From positions 89,064 to 153,063 of the forward strand of contig JAOPTX010000003.1 in assembly GCA_051532055.1 (NCBI GenBank): a stretch of 64,000 nucleotides of DNA, in the 5' to 3' direction. Of this stretch, positions 15,982-25,584 are shown piece after piece. The DNA is from Fibrobacterales bacterium. Its GTDB lineage: Bacteria; Fibrobacterota; Fibrobacteria; Fibrobacterales; JAOPTW01. Numbering within the stretch: position 1 is the stretch's first letter; each line of letters opens with the position of its first letter. The translations under genes were made by a program, and so were the position numbers. The notes beneath the pieces are model-generated. The model had not been told where the DNA came from. It ran no database searches and was given only the letters and a program-made list of their open reading frames with translations.

Positions 15982-16972
15982 GCTCCTTTACGGGAGCAGC
16001 TTTCCAGAGTTCAAAGATTCGATAGAAAGGAGCGTACCATTTTGAGAGATCGCCTATATGTCCTTTAATGAGTTTTAGTTTTTTCTGACTGGTTGCGGCA
16101 AAAGGATCGAGCCTTCCATTAAAAACATGAATCCAAATTTCTCGTTTACCCATGTTAATAAAATCGGCATCATCATCATTGGTGATTTTTGTAAGGACAC
16201 CTTTATTGAAATGCATGTTGTAGATAGTCCCATCATCAGTGAGTTTAATCGCGTAGCGTGTGGTCAAGTCAGAAGCTTCTCCTAGTGAGAGTGCTTCAGG
16301 GTCATTATTAATGAGGGTCTGTAGTTTTTCAATGTGGGCATCAGTAAAGACCTCATAGCTCTCACTAGGTTTTTCAGGGGCTTCTTCTACTCGTTTTGTA
16401 TTTTGGTGCCCAAGGAGGACTGAATTAAGGGTAATCTTGGCTGCTGATTCTGCAGTGTCAGCCAAAGAATATGCCTCAATGAGGGTTTCACCGGCTGCTA
16501 CGAGACCATGTTTTTCAAGAAAAACTATGGAGCTCGTTTGAAATGCGTTAAGTAGTGCAGGGATGTCGGTCACCGTTGGACTTTTCTGTGCGAGCACTGG
16601 GGGCTTTCCTAAGATGAGTGATGACTCATAGGTGCTTGACTCAAGTTCTCTGTTGCAGTTTAATAGGGATAATAGTGTAGTGGGATGGAGATGGACGACT
16701 GCCTTGTAGCTTTCAGTGTTATAGAGCGCAAGATGCATATCGCTTTCAGTAGAGGTTCGTTTGCTGTTTGGTTCAATTAATGAGCCGGTATTATCGATAA
16801 GAAGTAGGTCATCTTCAGTTATAAAACCAAGTGATGTTTGATGTGCCGTTATTAGAATTTCATTCTCATTAAGGCGACAGGATATATTTCCACCCCAACC
16901 TGAAGTGAGTCCTTTGGTAAAGGCCATTTTTCCGATCTCTATTATCTGTTCTATACAACGTTGTTTGCTCAT
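15968..16972 (-). CDS. Class II aldolase/adducin-family domain fused to a C-terminal SCP2 (sterol-carrier-like) domain
   Basis: 334 aa. The N-terminal approximately 200 aa have a class II aldolase pattern (GNISCRL..., metal-site VVHLHPT, EKHGLVAAGETL). The C-terminal approximately 110 aa (YAIKLTDDGTIYNMHFNKG...DADFINMGKREIWIHVFNGRLDPFAATSQKKLKLIKGHIGDLSKW) match the SCP2 pattern. Confidence 0.7.
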   Translation of the reverse strand: MSKQRCIEQIIEIGKMAFTKGLTSGWGGNISCRLNENEILITAHQTSLGFITEDDLLLIDNTGSLIEPNSKRTSTESDMHLALYNTESYKAVVHLHPTTLLSLLNCNRELESSTYESSLILGKPPVLAQKSPTVTDIPALLNAFQTSSIVFLEKHGLVAAGETLIEAYSLADTAESAAKITLNSVLLGHQNTKRVEEAPEKPSESYEVFTDAHIEKLQTLINNDPEALSLGEASDLTTRYAIKLTDDGTIYNMHFNKGVLTKITNDDDADFINMGKREIWIHVFNGRLDPFAATSQKKLKLIKGHIGDLSKWYAPFYRIFELWKAAPVKELDRV

Positions 16973-17481
16973 TGGCTATTCTCTGAAATAAGTTGGCTGG
17001 TAAGGTTTGGTAACATAATGTCTTTTTCTGGAATAAGGTCGTACTTAAAGGCTATGGTTGTAACGTTTGTAGGTATTATGTCACAATCAAAAAAGGTTTG
17101 GTCAGGAATATTTGACGTATCAATAGGAATGGTATAGGCTGGGATATTTAACTGTTTTGAAAAGAGCAACCCAATGGCACTACCAGGAAGGGTATTCCAT
17201 TCAGTATCGGTTTTTTTATGGCCCTGAATATACAGGGCACTTATCTCTCTGTTCTGAAAGAGTGACCCAATCATATTGTCAGTTATGAGAGTGAGTGAAA
17301 TGTTATGTTCACCGTAGTTTTGTATTGCATCAGAAACATCCTTTTCAAAAGGGCGTGTTTCAGTCACATAGAGGGTTGAACAGTCAGCATGATTGGAAAA
17401 GATGGTATCAAGTGTCTCTTCTGTAGGGATGCCAATAAGAAGTATATGCATAGTTGACCTTAAATAAGGAGTCGTATCCAA
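16969..17481 (-). CDS. Truncated eIF-2B/MtnA-family protein (C-terminal Rossmann-like half only)
   Basis: 170 aa. LYVTETRPFEKD...ISLTLITDNMIGSL parallels FYATETRPYFQGRLTAWELQKEGFSVTLIPDNRTASII of the full-length paralog at 19018-20019. 4-nt overlap with the aldolase gene. Confidence 0.55.
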   Translation of the reverse strand: MDTTPYLRSTMHILLIGIPTEETLDTIFSNHADCSTLYVTETRPFEKDVSDAIQNYGEHNISLTLITDNMIGSLFQNREISALYIQGHKKTDTEWNTLPGSAIGLLFSKQLNIPAYTIPIDTSNIPDQTFFDCDIIPTNVTTIAFKYDLIPEKDIMLPNLTSQLISENSQ

Positions 17482-17504
17482 ATGAGGGTACGACTCCTAA
17501 AGTG

Positions 17505-19004
17505 TTATTGTGCTGGGGTTGCTTCTGACGATGCTTCAGCTGGAGCAACCGCTGCTTCACCACTTGCTGCTTGAGCATAATCATCCATCGAACGCATATA
17601 GCTTTGGAAGATTTTGAGAGGAAATGAGTTAATGGTTTCACTTTCTAGAATGCGTTGTACACGCCCTCTAGCCGAGTAAAATTCACGGTTTGCCCATGCG
17701 GCAATTTGTCCGAGCTCTTCTCTTTTTAAGTGTTTGGTTCGTACCACTGGCTCATGGAAATTCCAACGATCGAAGTCCGTGATTTCACAAAACTCCTTTA
17801 CTTCTTCGTACATAGGGATTCCCGGTACAGGGAGAAGCATTTGTAGTGCCATGATATCTGGATCGATATCGTCGAGAACTGCAAAACGTTTTTTTAAACT
17901 CCGCGCACTGTCATCAGGGAAGCCAATGATCCATGTGATTACTGAAGTAATATTCATTTCACGAAGTGCTTCAGTGACCTCTTTTATTTCAGCGACTGTT
18001 GTACCTTTTTTCACTTTCTTTAACTCTGCATCATCGGTTACTTCTAATCCATATATCACTGCACCGAGGCCGCATTTTTGAAGCTCGGGGAGTAAATCAA
18101 GGTCACGTTTGAGTGAATGGGCATTACCGAGGAAATTAAAGTTTACGGGAAGCTTACGTTCTTGAAGTTCTGTAAGGAATGCTTCAGTACGTTTACGCGA
18201 TGGGTTAAAGTTAAGATCAAAAATACTGATATTATCAACACCATAATTAACGTAAAGATGCTCCATTTCATCAACAACTCGTTTTGCTGATTTGTAGCGA
18301 TGTTTCATCCAGTCATTATTTCCCCGTGGATCCATAGTAACCCAGTCGATACAAAAGCTGCAGCCAAATGGGCAGCCACGCGAAGTAAAAATCTCTTGGT
18401 AAGTATCGATCTGATCATACCCGATATATTTATCCATAGGGAAGAGTTCATAGGCTGGCATTGGTAACGAGTCGAGGTCTTTAATGAGTGGTCTATACTC
18501 ATTGACGATGAGCTCATCTAAATCAGATCGGTGACAAAGCCCTTTAATGGTAGAGAGGTCGCCATCATCTGTTGCAAGTGTTGCTACAAGTTCGGTAACG
18601 GTGAGGTCTGGTTCGCCAGCAATGACATAGTCATACTGTGGCGTTTCATTGGCGATATCTTTATAGTTAGCTGCGATGTAGAAACCACCAGCGCAGATGC
18701 TCACTTCAGGGAACATTTCTTTAATCATTACTGCTGCACGTTCATAGTGAGGAATAATTGAGAGCGTCTGTGTCATTTGATACGCATCACCAAGATATAT
18801 GAGGTCGGGTTGACGTGTATCAATTTCTTGAAGCATTTGCTCGTGTTGAAAGTCCTCCGCTCTACAGTCGAGTGCTTCAACGGTTACATCTTTTACATCG
18901 CGCTGTATGCATGCTGCTATTTGTGCATGACTTACGTTGATTGCAATGTGCTTTCCCCATGTGACCCATGATCCCATGGGAGGTTGTAAAAATAGTACTT
19001 TCAT
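17505..19004 (-). CDS. B12-binding-domain radical SAM enzyme
   Basis: CX3CX2C cluster motif in FTSRGCPFGCSFCIDW. The N-terminal MKVLFLQPPMG... is typical of cobalamin-binding radical SAM proteins. I prefer ATG 19004 (RBS AAGAGGA 7 nt upstream) over the track start 19064. Confidence 0.85.
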   Translation of the reverse strand: MKVLFLQPPMGSWVTWGKHIAINVSHAQIAACIQRDVKDVTVEALDCRAEDFQHEQMLQEIDTRQPDLIYLGDAYQMTQTLSIIPHYERAAVMIKEMFPEVSICAGGFYIAANYKDIANETPQYDYVIAGEPDLTVTELVATLATDDGDLSTIKGLCHRSDLDELIVNEYRPLIKDLDSLPMPAYELFPMDKYIGYDQIDTYQEIFTSRGCPFGCSFCIDWVTMDPRGNNDWMKHRYKSAKRVVDEMEHLYVNYGVDNISIFDLNFNPSRKRTEAFLTELQERKLPVNFNFLGNAHSLKRDLDLLPELQKCGLGAVIYGLEVTDDAELKKVKKGTTVAEIKEVTEALREMNITSVITWIIGFPDDSARSLKKRFAVLDDIDPDIMALQMLLPVPGIPMYEEVKEFCEITDFDRWNFHEPVVRTKHLKREELGQIAAWANREFYSARGRVQRILESETINSFPLKIFQSYMRSMDDYAQAASGEAAVAPAEASSEATPAQ

Positions 19005-19017
19005 TGTGTCCTCTTGG

Positions 19018-20019
19018 TTATTTACTCCAGGCTTCTGGTAATTCAGAAGGCGATAGAGCAGCATTAAATGTTATTAGTTTTGTTATAAGGGTGTGTGGAG
19101 TCATATCAAATGCAGGGTAATAGGCATCAGTATGCTCTGGATATATTTTTCTATCTTTAAAGGTTGTTACCTCACGACTATCACGGTGTTCAATAGGAAC
19201 TTCTTCACCTGTTTCCGTAGAACCAGGATCTTGCACTAATGAAAAGAAGGGAATACCGCACTCTTTTGCGATTGTTGCAATTTGAAAGGTACCCGTTTTA
19301 TTGACCACATCACCATTAAGCGCGACTCTATCGGCTCCGGTAATGACTTTAGTAATGGTTCCTGATATAATAATCGAAGCGGTTCTATTATCTGGTATGA
19401 GCGTTACTGAAAATCCTTCTTTCTGTAATTCCCATGCGGTCAACCGTCCTTGAAAGTAAGGGCGGGTCTCAGTTGCATAAAATGAGAGTGACTTACCTTG
19501 TGCTTTGCAAAGCTGTGCAATGAGCAGTAATTCACCACTTGTATTACAGTGAGTTAATACAATATCACCATCATCAAATAGTTCAGTCGCAAGCTTTGCT
19601 CGGTGGAGGCGCATCTGTTTGATGCGCTCTAAAAATCCTAAGACTTTAGTCTCTGCAAACTCTTTTGTGTCTTTCTCATTTTGAGTAATACCTTCATAAA
19701 CCCACTGCTTAACCATAGCCGTGTATGTTTTAAAGCTAAATGTTGGCCTGCTCTTATTGAGTGCTTCAACAGCATCGGCTATTGTTACTTCAAGAACATC
19801 TTCTTCAGTATTTCTTATGGTTATGATAAGAGCATAAAATACGGTGAGAAGTTGTCCAAATGCGCGGGTCTTCATGTCTCGTATAACGGTCACCGCTTCT
19901 GAATAATCAGAAACGGTGATGTAGGTTATCGCTTCAGGAAGCGCAGTCTCATCAAGTACTTCAAACGTCTTATGCTGTAGTCGCGCCGACCAACCCAGAA
20001 GTGGAAATTCCATGGGCAC
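19018..20019 (-). CDS. MtnA-like 5-substituted ribose-1-phosphate isomerase (eIF-2B alpha/beta/delta family)
   Basis: 333 aa. THCNTSG, ATETRPYFQGRLTAWEL and GADRVALNGDVVNKTGTFQIA are family signatures. The start is uncertain (ATG 20019 or 20013, both overlapping the upstream gene). Confidence 0.8.
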   Translation of the reverse strand: MPMEFPLLGWSARLQHKTFEVLDETALPEAITYITVSDYSEAVTVIRDMKTRAFGQLLTVFYALIITIRNTEEDVLEVTIADAVEALNKSRPTFSFKTYTAMVKQWVYEGITQNEKDTKEFAETKVLGFLERIKQMRLHRAKLATELFDDGDIVLTHCNTSGELLLIAQLCKAQGKSLSFYATETRPYFQGRLTAWELQKEGFSVTLIPDNRTASIIISGTITKVITGADRVALNGDVVNKTGTFQIATIAKECGIPFFSLVQDPGSTETGEEVPIEHRDSREVTTFKDRKIYPEHTDAYYPAFDMTPHTLITKLITFNAALSPSELPEAWSK

Positions 20020-20761
20020 CTTTAGACTCTAAAATGTTAATGGCTTCGAATGCGATATCAATAGTTTTAGATTCAGCTTCAAAAAATTTGAGACTGCCAA
20101 AACCTAGTTCACCTGTGATAAGGTTATCACTTACTGCGAGTACTGCACCTGCTTTAAGACCTTTGACTTGTGCAACGGTAAGAAGTGCTGACGTTACCAT
20201 ATCGACACCGATACATTTAAGGTCGCACATCTCTGCGATAAGCTCTTTGGTTTCTCTCAGAAGTGCATCGGTACTCCAAGTAAGACCCACATGGTAGGTG
20301 ACCCCAAGGTTTTCACAGGCCTCTACGAGTGCTGAAGTAGTCATGAGGTCAACTACTGTGGAGAAGTTGGCAGGAACATAGTAGGGTGAAGTACCTTCAC
20401 CACGAATCGCACCATTGGCAATGATGATATCACCAACAGCAATATCTTCACGCATTGCGCCACATGACCCTGTTCTGATTACTGTTTCTGTGCCACCGGC
20501 TGCAAGAATTTCTGTGGTGATTGCTGCGGGAGGAGCATACATGCCACTATTTGCAGTGCTCACCAACAGCTCACCAATCTCACCAGTGTGCATCTCAACA
20601 CCTGCAAAAGAGAAGTCTCTCACTGGGTCTGTTAATTTTGCTTTTACTGCATCAAGTCTATCAATGGGTCCTGGTACTACAGCGTACTTACCCAGCGATC
20701 CTGGTTGAAGTTGAACCATTTTTAAAAGGTCTTGTGCGTCCATGTGAACATTCTTACTCAT
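19970..20761 (-). CDS. PNP/UDP-family nucleoside phosphorylase (Udp/DeoD-like)
   Basis: 263 aa. IRTGSCGAMREDIAVGDIII and VDMVTSALLTVA align by eye with E. coli Udp (RIGTTGAI...VGDVLV, YEMESATLLTM). Confidence 0.8.
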   Translation of the reverse strand: MSKNVHMDAQDLLKMVQLQPGSLGKYAVVPGPIDRLDAVKAKLTDPVRDFSFAGVEMHTGEIGELLVSTANSGMYAPPAAITTEILAAGGTETVIRTGSCGAMREDIAVGDIIIANGAIRGEGTSPYYVPANFSTVVDLMTTSALVEACENLGVTYHVGLTWSTDALLRETKELIAEMCDLKCIGVDMVTSALLTVAQVKGLKAGAVLAVSDNLITGELGFGSLKFFEAESKTIDIAFEAINILESKGAHGISTSGLVGATTA

Positions 20762-20991
20762 CTGTCCCTCTTGATTAATGTGGAATTGTTGTTTTCAATT
20801 ATATATTTACAAACTTGTATTTACCCTAAAAGAGTACTAGTGAAATGTGAAGTAGTTTTAACATTTGATCCTGAATTGTTTCTCTAGCTTATATAAAACA
20901 GTCCTTAACGCTCAATTCCAGAATGAAATTGAAGCGGTATTCAGTATGATACTCAGTGCTTTTTATTTTTAAGAAGCAGTGGTGTGAAGAG

Positions 20992-21255
20992 TTACTGCGC
21001 TGACTTTTTTTCTGACTCTATATAATCATTCATGATCGTCAGCATTCCACCAAGAGTTGTAATTGATGAAACTGAAGAGAGCGGTACATTGATTTTAAAC
21101 GTTGTTTGTAGTCGTACCCCAAGAGTCATGATGCCGAGTGAGTCAATACCGATATCTTCATAGATATTGGTTTCTTCACTAATTTCATCAGACTCCATAC
21201 CAAGGTGATCACATATTACGGGTGAAAAATCTTTCCAAGAAATAGTACTCATCAT
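20992..21255 (-). CDS. Acyl/peptidyl carrier protein
   Basis: 87 aa. Phosphopantetheine attachment motif GIDSLGIMTL. 1-nt overlap with the upstream adenylating enzyme. Confidence 0.85.
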   Translation of the reverse strand: MMSTISWKDFSPVICDHLGMESDEISEETNIYEDIGIDSLGIMTLGVRLQTTFKINVPLSSVSSITTLGGMLTIMNDYIESEKKSAQ

Positions 21256-22838
21256 TACTCCTGTGTTACGCTCATCATGCGGGTTAACTCTTCTTTTGAT
21301 TGATCGATCAGTTGTTGAAAATTCACTTTTCCTACACCTGGATTTTTGGGTATTTCATCAATAAAGATGATATTGTCGGGCACCATATACGGAGCGAGGT
21401 TTTCTCTACACACTCTCATGATAGCTCCTGTTTTTAATTCAGCCTGTGGGTCTTTAACGACATACGCCCATACCATTTCACCATAGAGTTCATGGGGCAC
21501 ACCAACGACCGCTGTACTGAGTACTTCAGGTAAGGTTTCAATCATCTCTTTGATCACTACTGGGGAGACACTTTTGCCTCCACGTTTAATGAGGTATTTA
21601 TTTCTACCGAGTAGGGCGATAGTGTTGTCGCCAATCATTTTCGCATGATCACCAGTCTTGAACCATCCATCACAAAAAGCGGTTTTGTTCTCATCAATGT
21701 TGCCGAGATATTGTTTGATAACCCCTTTTCCTTTAATCCAGAGTTCACCTTCAATGCCATCTTCTACACTTGTACCATCAGCATTAAAAATGCCGATTTC
21801 ATTTCCAGTACCATTTACCAAAGTAAGTTCATTAGTGGTATTAATAAAGTCAGCTTCACTCTTCGCTTTCCAAACCATGATGACTGTTGCAGTTTCAATG
21901 AGACCATAGCCAATGCCAACATGGTTGAGGTTTGTAAATTTCTCTTTAATTCTATTGAGGAGTTTATTGGGGAAGAAGTCCATGCCTGTATAAAGACCTT
22001 GTACTGTTGAAAGGTCAAATTGACCAAGCATAGGGAGTCCAAGGATTGCCTCATAATAGGCTGGTGGCGCTGCAATTGAGTCGGCCTTCCATTTTTGAAC
22101 CTGTTGAAGATAGGTGACCGGAGACATATCTGACGTTGAGATTTGTTTAACTCCTGCCATCATCATACCACTCAGTACCAATATCCCCGAAGTAGAGAGG
22201 GGGAAGGCGAGCATGCATGAGTAGTGATTGCCTTGTGGCATAGCCATTTCAAAAGACGATTTAAGGACCGATGCGCCACTGCCTTGTGACATCATAACCA
22301 TTTTAGGTTTGCCTGTCGTTCCAGAACTGGTTGCCATCATAAAAGGATGGTTTTCATCGGTACCTTTAAAAAGGTGCTCTTTTATAACAAGAGCACTGAC
22401 TGCTTCGTCAGTATCACTTTTAAATGAACTTACTGGAACTACGGTAAATGGTGCTTGCAACTGTTGTGCTGTTTCGGTGAACGTTTCACACTCTTTATCT
22501 GAGGTTACGACATGACCAACGCGACAACCGAGATAGATGCCTACGCGTGCTTGTGCAGGAATCATGTTAAAGAGGGGGACCGCTATAGCTCCAAGTCGCG
22601 ATATGGAGAGTAATAGGTAAAAGGTCTCAGCACAGTTGGGGAGGGTATACCCCACACCAGCACCTGGTTTAATACCAAGAGCAATGAGTTTTTTTGTGTA
22701 GCAATCAACATTTGTTTTAAGAGTATCAAGAGTGATAATCTCATCGTTTATGATCAGAAGTTCTGTACTCCCTTCTTTGGTGTACAATATGTTTTCTATT
22801 ATGTCATTAAAGGTATTACATGAGAATATGTCACTCAT
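21255..22838 (-). CDS. AMP-dependent synthetase/ligase (adenylating enzyme 2)
   Basis: 527 aa. Motifs TSSGTTGKPKMV, YGLIET, FKTGD, GRNKYLIKRGGKSVSP and PKNPGVGKV. Confidence 0.9.
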   Translation of the reverse strand: MSDIFSCNTFNDIIENILYTKEGSTELLIINDEIITLDTLKTNVDCYTKKLIALGIKPGAGVGYTLPNCAETFYLLLSISRLGAIAVPLFNMIPAQARVGIYLGCRVGHVVTSDKECETFTETAQQLQAPFTVVPVSSFKSDTDEAVSALVIKEHLFKGTDENHPFMMATSSGTTGKPKMVMMSQGSGASVLKSSFEMAMPQGNHYSCMLAFPLSTSGILVLSGMMMAGVKQISTSDMSPVTYLQQVQKWKADSIAAPPAYYEAILGLPMLGQFDLSTVQGLYTGMDFFPNKLLNRIKEKFTNLNHVGIGYGLIETATVIMVWKAKSEADFINTTNELTLVNGTGNEIGIFNADGTSVEDGIEGELWIKGKGVIKQYLGNIDENKTAFCDGWFKTGDHAKMIGDNTIALLGRNKYLIKRGGKSVSPVVIKEMIETLPEVLSTAVVGVPHELYGEMVWAYVVKDPQAELKTGAIMRVCRENLAPYMVPDNIIFIDEIPKNPGVGKVNFQQLIDQSKEELTRMMSVTQE

Positions 22839-24397
22839 ACGGTCTCCTTGTGTTCTCGTATTGATTTATATTGAATTTTTCCAATTTCTTTGGGGAGTTC
22901 AAGGGTAATAAGGAACTCATCCGGGATTTTGTAGCTTGAAAGATTACCACTGCAGTATCGGCGGAGTTTACCGCCATTTAACACGCACCCCGATCTTGGT
23001 TGTACGTGGGCTTTTATCATTTCACCCAACAAGTCATGGGGTTCAACGGTTATTGCTACGGCAACAATATCATTGTGGGTTAATAGAAATGCCTCAATAT
23101 CTTCGGGGAATATGAGGTTTGCACCTCTTTTGAGAACTCGTTTTTTACGTCCCAAGAATGCAACGCGGCCCGTTTCATCGTACTGACCTAAATCACCTGT
23201 TCGAAACCAACGCATTGAATCATTTTCGTAAAGAGCTCTTTCAGTTTCTGCACTATTATTATGGTAGTTGTGTAAGATACCATCTGTATGAATATGGATC
23301 ATACCAATTTCGCCATGGGGGACGATTTTGTCGTTGTCGTCACAGAGTTTCACTTGAGTAAAAGGGGGTGTGCGATAGACGTTACAATCGACGGCACTAT
23401 CAACGTCGGAATCCCACACAAGCATAGTAGCGGTCTCTGTAGAACCAATAATGTTAACCACACGAATACCGAAGTCATCGACAAAACGGTGTGCGATTTT
23501 ATTGGGGAGCACTTCTCCCGCAAAATAACAGAGGCGGAGACTCGAGATATCATAGCTCTCAAAATCGGGAACCGAAAGAAGTATTTTGGCAAGCGTACTG
23601 CTTAGTTGGAGAACCGTTACTCGGTTCTCTTGAATAGTTTTAAGCATGGTTACTGGGTCAAAGGAGCCCAAGTAGATTACTGATCCACCCATCAAACTAT
23701 TCTGAAGGCCCATACCAAAGCCACCGAGGTGAAAGAGAGGCATCCCCATGAGCATCACATCAATTGGGTTTAAATCGAGGTAGCGGGCCATATCTGTCTG
23801 AGATGTATAAAAACCCTCTTTTGAAACCGTGATAATTTTGGGGTTACTTGTTGAACCAGAAGTACTTGCGAGCATTAAGGTATCACTGTGTACCTGATTT
23901 GTGGTTATTGAAAGAGTTGTTTCGTTACTCAATATATCACTATACCAAAGAACCTTGTCGTTTTCTGGTAGTGTAATGTCGGCGTCTAAGAACACCAATG
24001 TTTTAATATCAGTAAAGGTATCTGAGAGGGCTGTGAGGTTCGCAAGGTGATTGATGTTTCGAAACTTCACGCACGCTATAGCCAATTTGATAGAGAGTGT
24101 TTTTAAAAGCCCTTCGAGTTCCCACTTTCCAATTTGAGGATTGAGCGGCACGGGAAGTGCTTCTAATGTAATAAGAGCCCAGTAGGTTGTATACCACTCA
24201 ATGCAGTTGGGGAGTATCAGCATGACTTGGTCGCCCGCTCCAACTCCTTGACGAGACAATGCCTCTGCAACACTCTGTATTTCGGAGTTCAGCTCTGCAC
24301 GAGTGTGAGATCGACCGTCAACAGTAATAGCATCTCCTTGAGGATTTTCTGTACTGAGGGAATCTATCCATACATGAAAAGGGTTTGGGATATTCAC
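22835..24397 (-). CDS. AMP-dependent synthetase/ligase (adenylating enzyme 1)
   Basis: 520 aa. Motifs STSGSTSNPKII, GSTET, FRTGDLG, GRKKRVLKRGANLIFP and LPKEIGKIQYK. Confidence 0.9.
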   Translation of the reverse strand: MNIPNPFHVWIDSLSTENPQGDAITVDGRSHTRAELNSEIQSVAEALSRQGVGAGDQVMLILPNCIEWYTTYWALITLEALPVPLNPQIGKWELEGLLKTLSIKLAIACVKFRNINHLANLTALSDTFTDIKTLVFLDADITLPENDKVLWYSDILSNETTLSITTNQVHSDTLMLASTSGSTSNPKIITVSKEGFYTSQTDMARYLDLNPIDVMLMGMPLFHLGGFGMGLQNSLMGGSVIYLGSFDPVTMLKTIQENRVTVLQLSSTLAKILLSVPDFESYDISSLRLCYFAGEVLPNKIAHRFVDDFGIRVVNIIGSTETATMLVWDSDVDSAVDCNVYRTPPFTQVKLCDDNDKIVPHGEIGMIHIHTDGILHNYHNNSAETERALYENDSMRWFRTGDLGQYDETGRVAFLGRKKRVLKRGANLIFPEDIEAFLLTHNDIVAVAITVEPHDLLGEMIKAHVQPRSGCVLNGGKLRRYCSGNLSSYKIPDEFLITLELPKEIGKIQYKSIREHKETV

Positions 24398-25584
24398 TCT
24401 GCTATTACTCCTTCAGCTACAGTCGATGTGATTGCTTGAGTTGCGATCCAATCTGCAAAGACATGTTTAATCCAGTGGAGTTGTTCGCCTACAGGCATTG
24501 TGTGAGTTACCTGAATACCTTGATAGTAGACGGGTTCATCTTCAAGTATAAGAAGTTCTTTTGGACCGGTTGCTTTTTCATGGAGTTCGAGTGCATTGTC
24601 GATAGTCATCCAGTTGTCGTGTCTGCCATGAATGAGAAAATAAGGGCAGGCAACCTTTTCTTCACTGCCGAGTCCCATTTCAGCAACGAAAGTCTTTGCA
24701 TCTACGCCACCTGTCTGAAAGTTGTAAGCAGGTCCTTGACGCATCCATGCAGGCGTTACACTTTCGTCGACTTGATCAATATAGAGGGGGAAGAGTGTTG
24801 CACACCATGCGAAGCGCTTATCGAGGCTTGCTGCTTTATACGCATAACCACCTCCCATACAGAGCCCTGATACGCCAATTCTTTCTGAATCGATCATATC
24901 TAATGCACACGCATAGTCCATGGTGCTTTTAAATGTCTCTAGGATAGATACCATACGGCACTTAATGTCGCGATCAAAGAGTGCTTCTCCACAACCAGGC
25001 ATGTCAGGTACGAGCACTGCAATACCTCTTTTTAAGAGGGGCATTGCGAGAATATGCATCTCTTCTTTACAGCTACCGAGGCCTTCAAAGAGGATTGTGC
25101 AAGGAAAGGGACCTTCACCTTCAGGAAAATGGAGATATGCAGGGACAGAAGTCTCGCCAATAGATATATCAACCTTCTTTGATTCTGTCGTTAGGAAGGT
25201 GAGTGCTTTGTCATAATACCGTGCATACTGAAGATAGACATTCTTCTTATCTTCGATTTTAACAAAGTTAATAAGGAACACCGCATAGTAACACTGGGCC
25301 GTTTGAAGGTACATGTCATAGGCGGTAATGGTATCGCCACGAGTTTCAGCATTCTGTGCTATATTCAGATATCGCTCTGCTTTTGTCTCCCATAGAGCGA
25401 GCCATTTTTTCTGTAATACATTGGAGTTGATGATGTTTGTGTTCTCTACCTCTTTGAGGATCGCTTCTATGTCGAATGGATTGGTACCATATATTAACAT
25501 ACGCGTAATAACAGGGGCTAAAAAGGTGCGGATACTCCATTCTACAGGTGCGGTCATTAACGTCTCCTTTGGGGAATTGTACAA
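24394..25584 (-). CDS. Alpha/beta hydrolase with a Cys at the nucleophile elbow (dienelactone-hydrolase-like)
   Basis: 396 aa. Nucleophile elbow reads GVSGLCMGGGYA (G-x-C-x-G, compare DLH GYCLGG) rather than GxSxG. Downstream is LIHGRHDNW. Has an N-terminal helical extension. Confidence 0.65.
   Translation of the reverse strand: MYNSPKETLMTAPVEWSIRTFLAPVITRMLIYGTNPFDIEAILKEVENTNIINSNVLQKKWLALWETKAERYLNIAQNAETRGDTITAYDMYLQTAQCYYAVFLINFVKIEDKKNVYLQYARYYDKALTFLTTESKKVDISIGETSVPAYLHFPEGEGPFPCTILFEGLGSCKEEMHILAMPLLKRGIAVLVPDMPGCGEALFDRDIKCRMVSILETFKSTMDYACALDMIDSERIGVSGLCMGGGYAYKAASLDKRFAWCATLFPLYIDQVDESVTPAWMRQGPAYNFQTGGVDAKTFVAEMGLGSEEKVACPYFLIHGRHDNWMTIDNALELHEKATGPKELLILEDEPVYYQGIQVTHTMPVGEQLHWIKHVFADWIATQAITSTVAEGVIAE

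Noticed and set aside
20762-20991. Palindrome AGTAT-G-ATACT followed by a T-run in the gap between the ACP gene and the phosphorylase gene, as a possible terminator splitting the cluster.
   Set aside because: The T-run follows the stem only on the plus strand, whereas both flanking genes are on the minus strand. The stem is 5 bp with a 1-nt loop, so it is not a credible terminator for the cluster.
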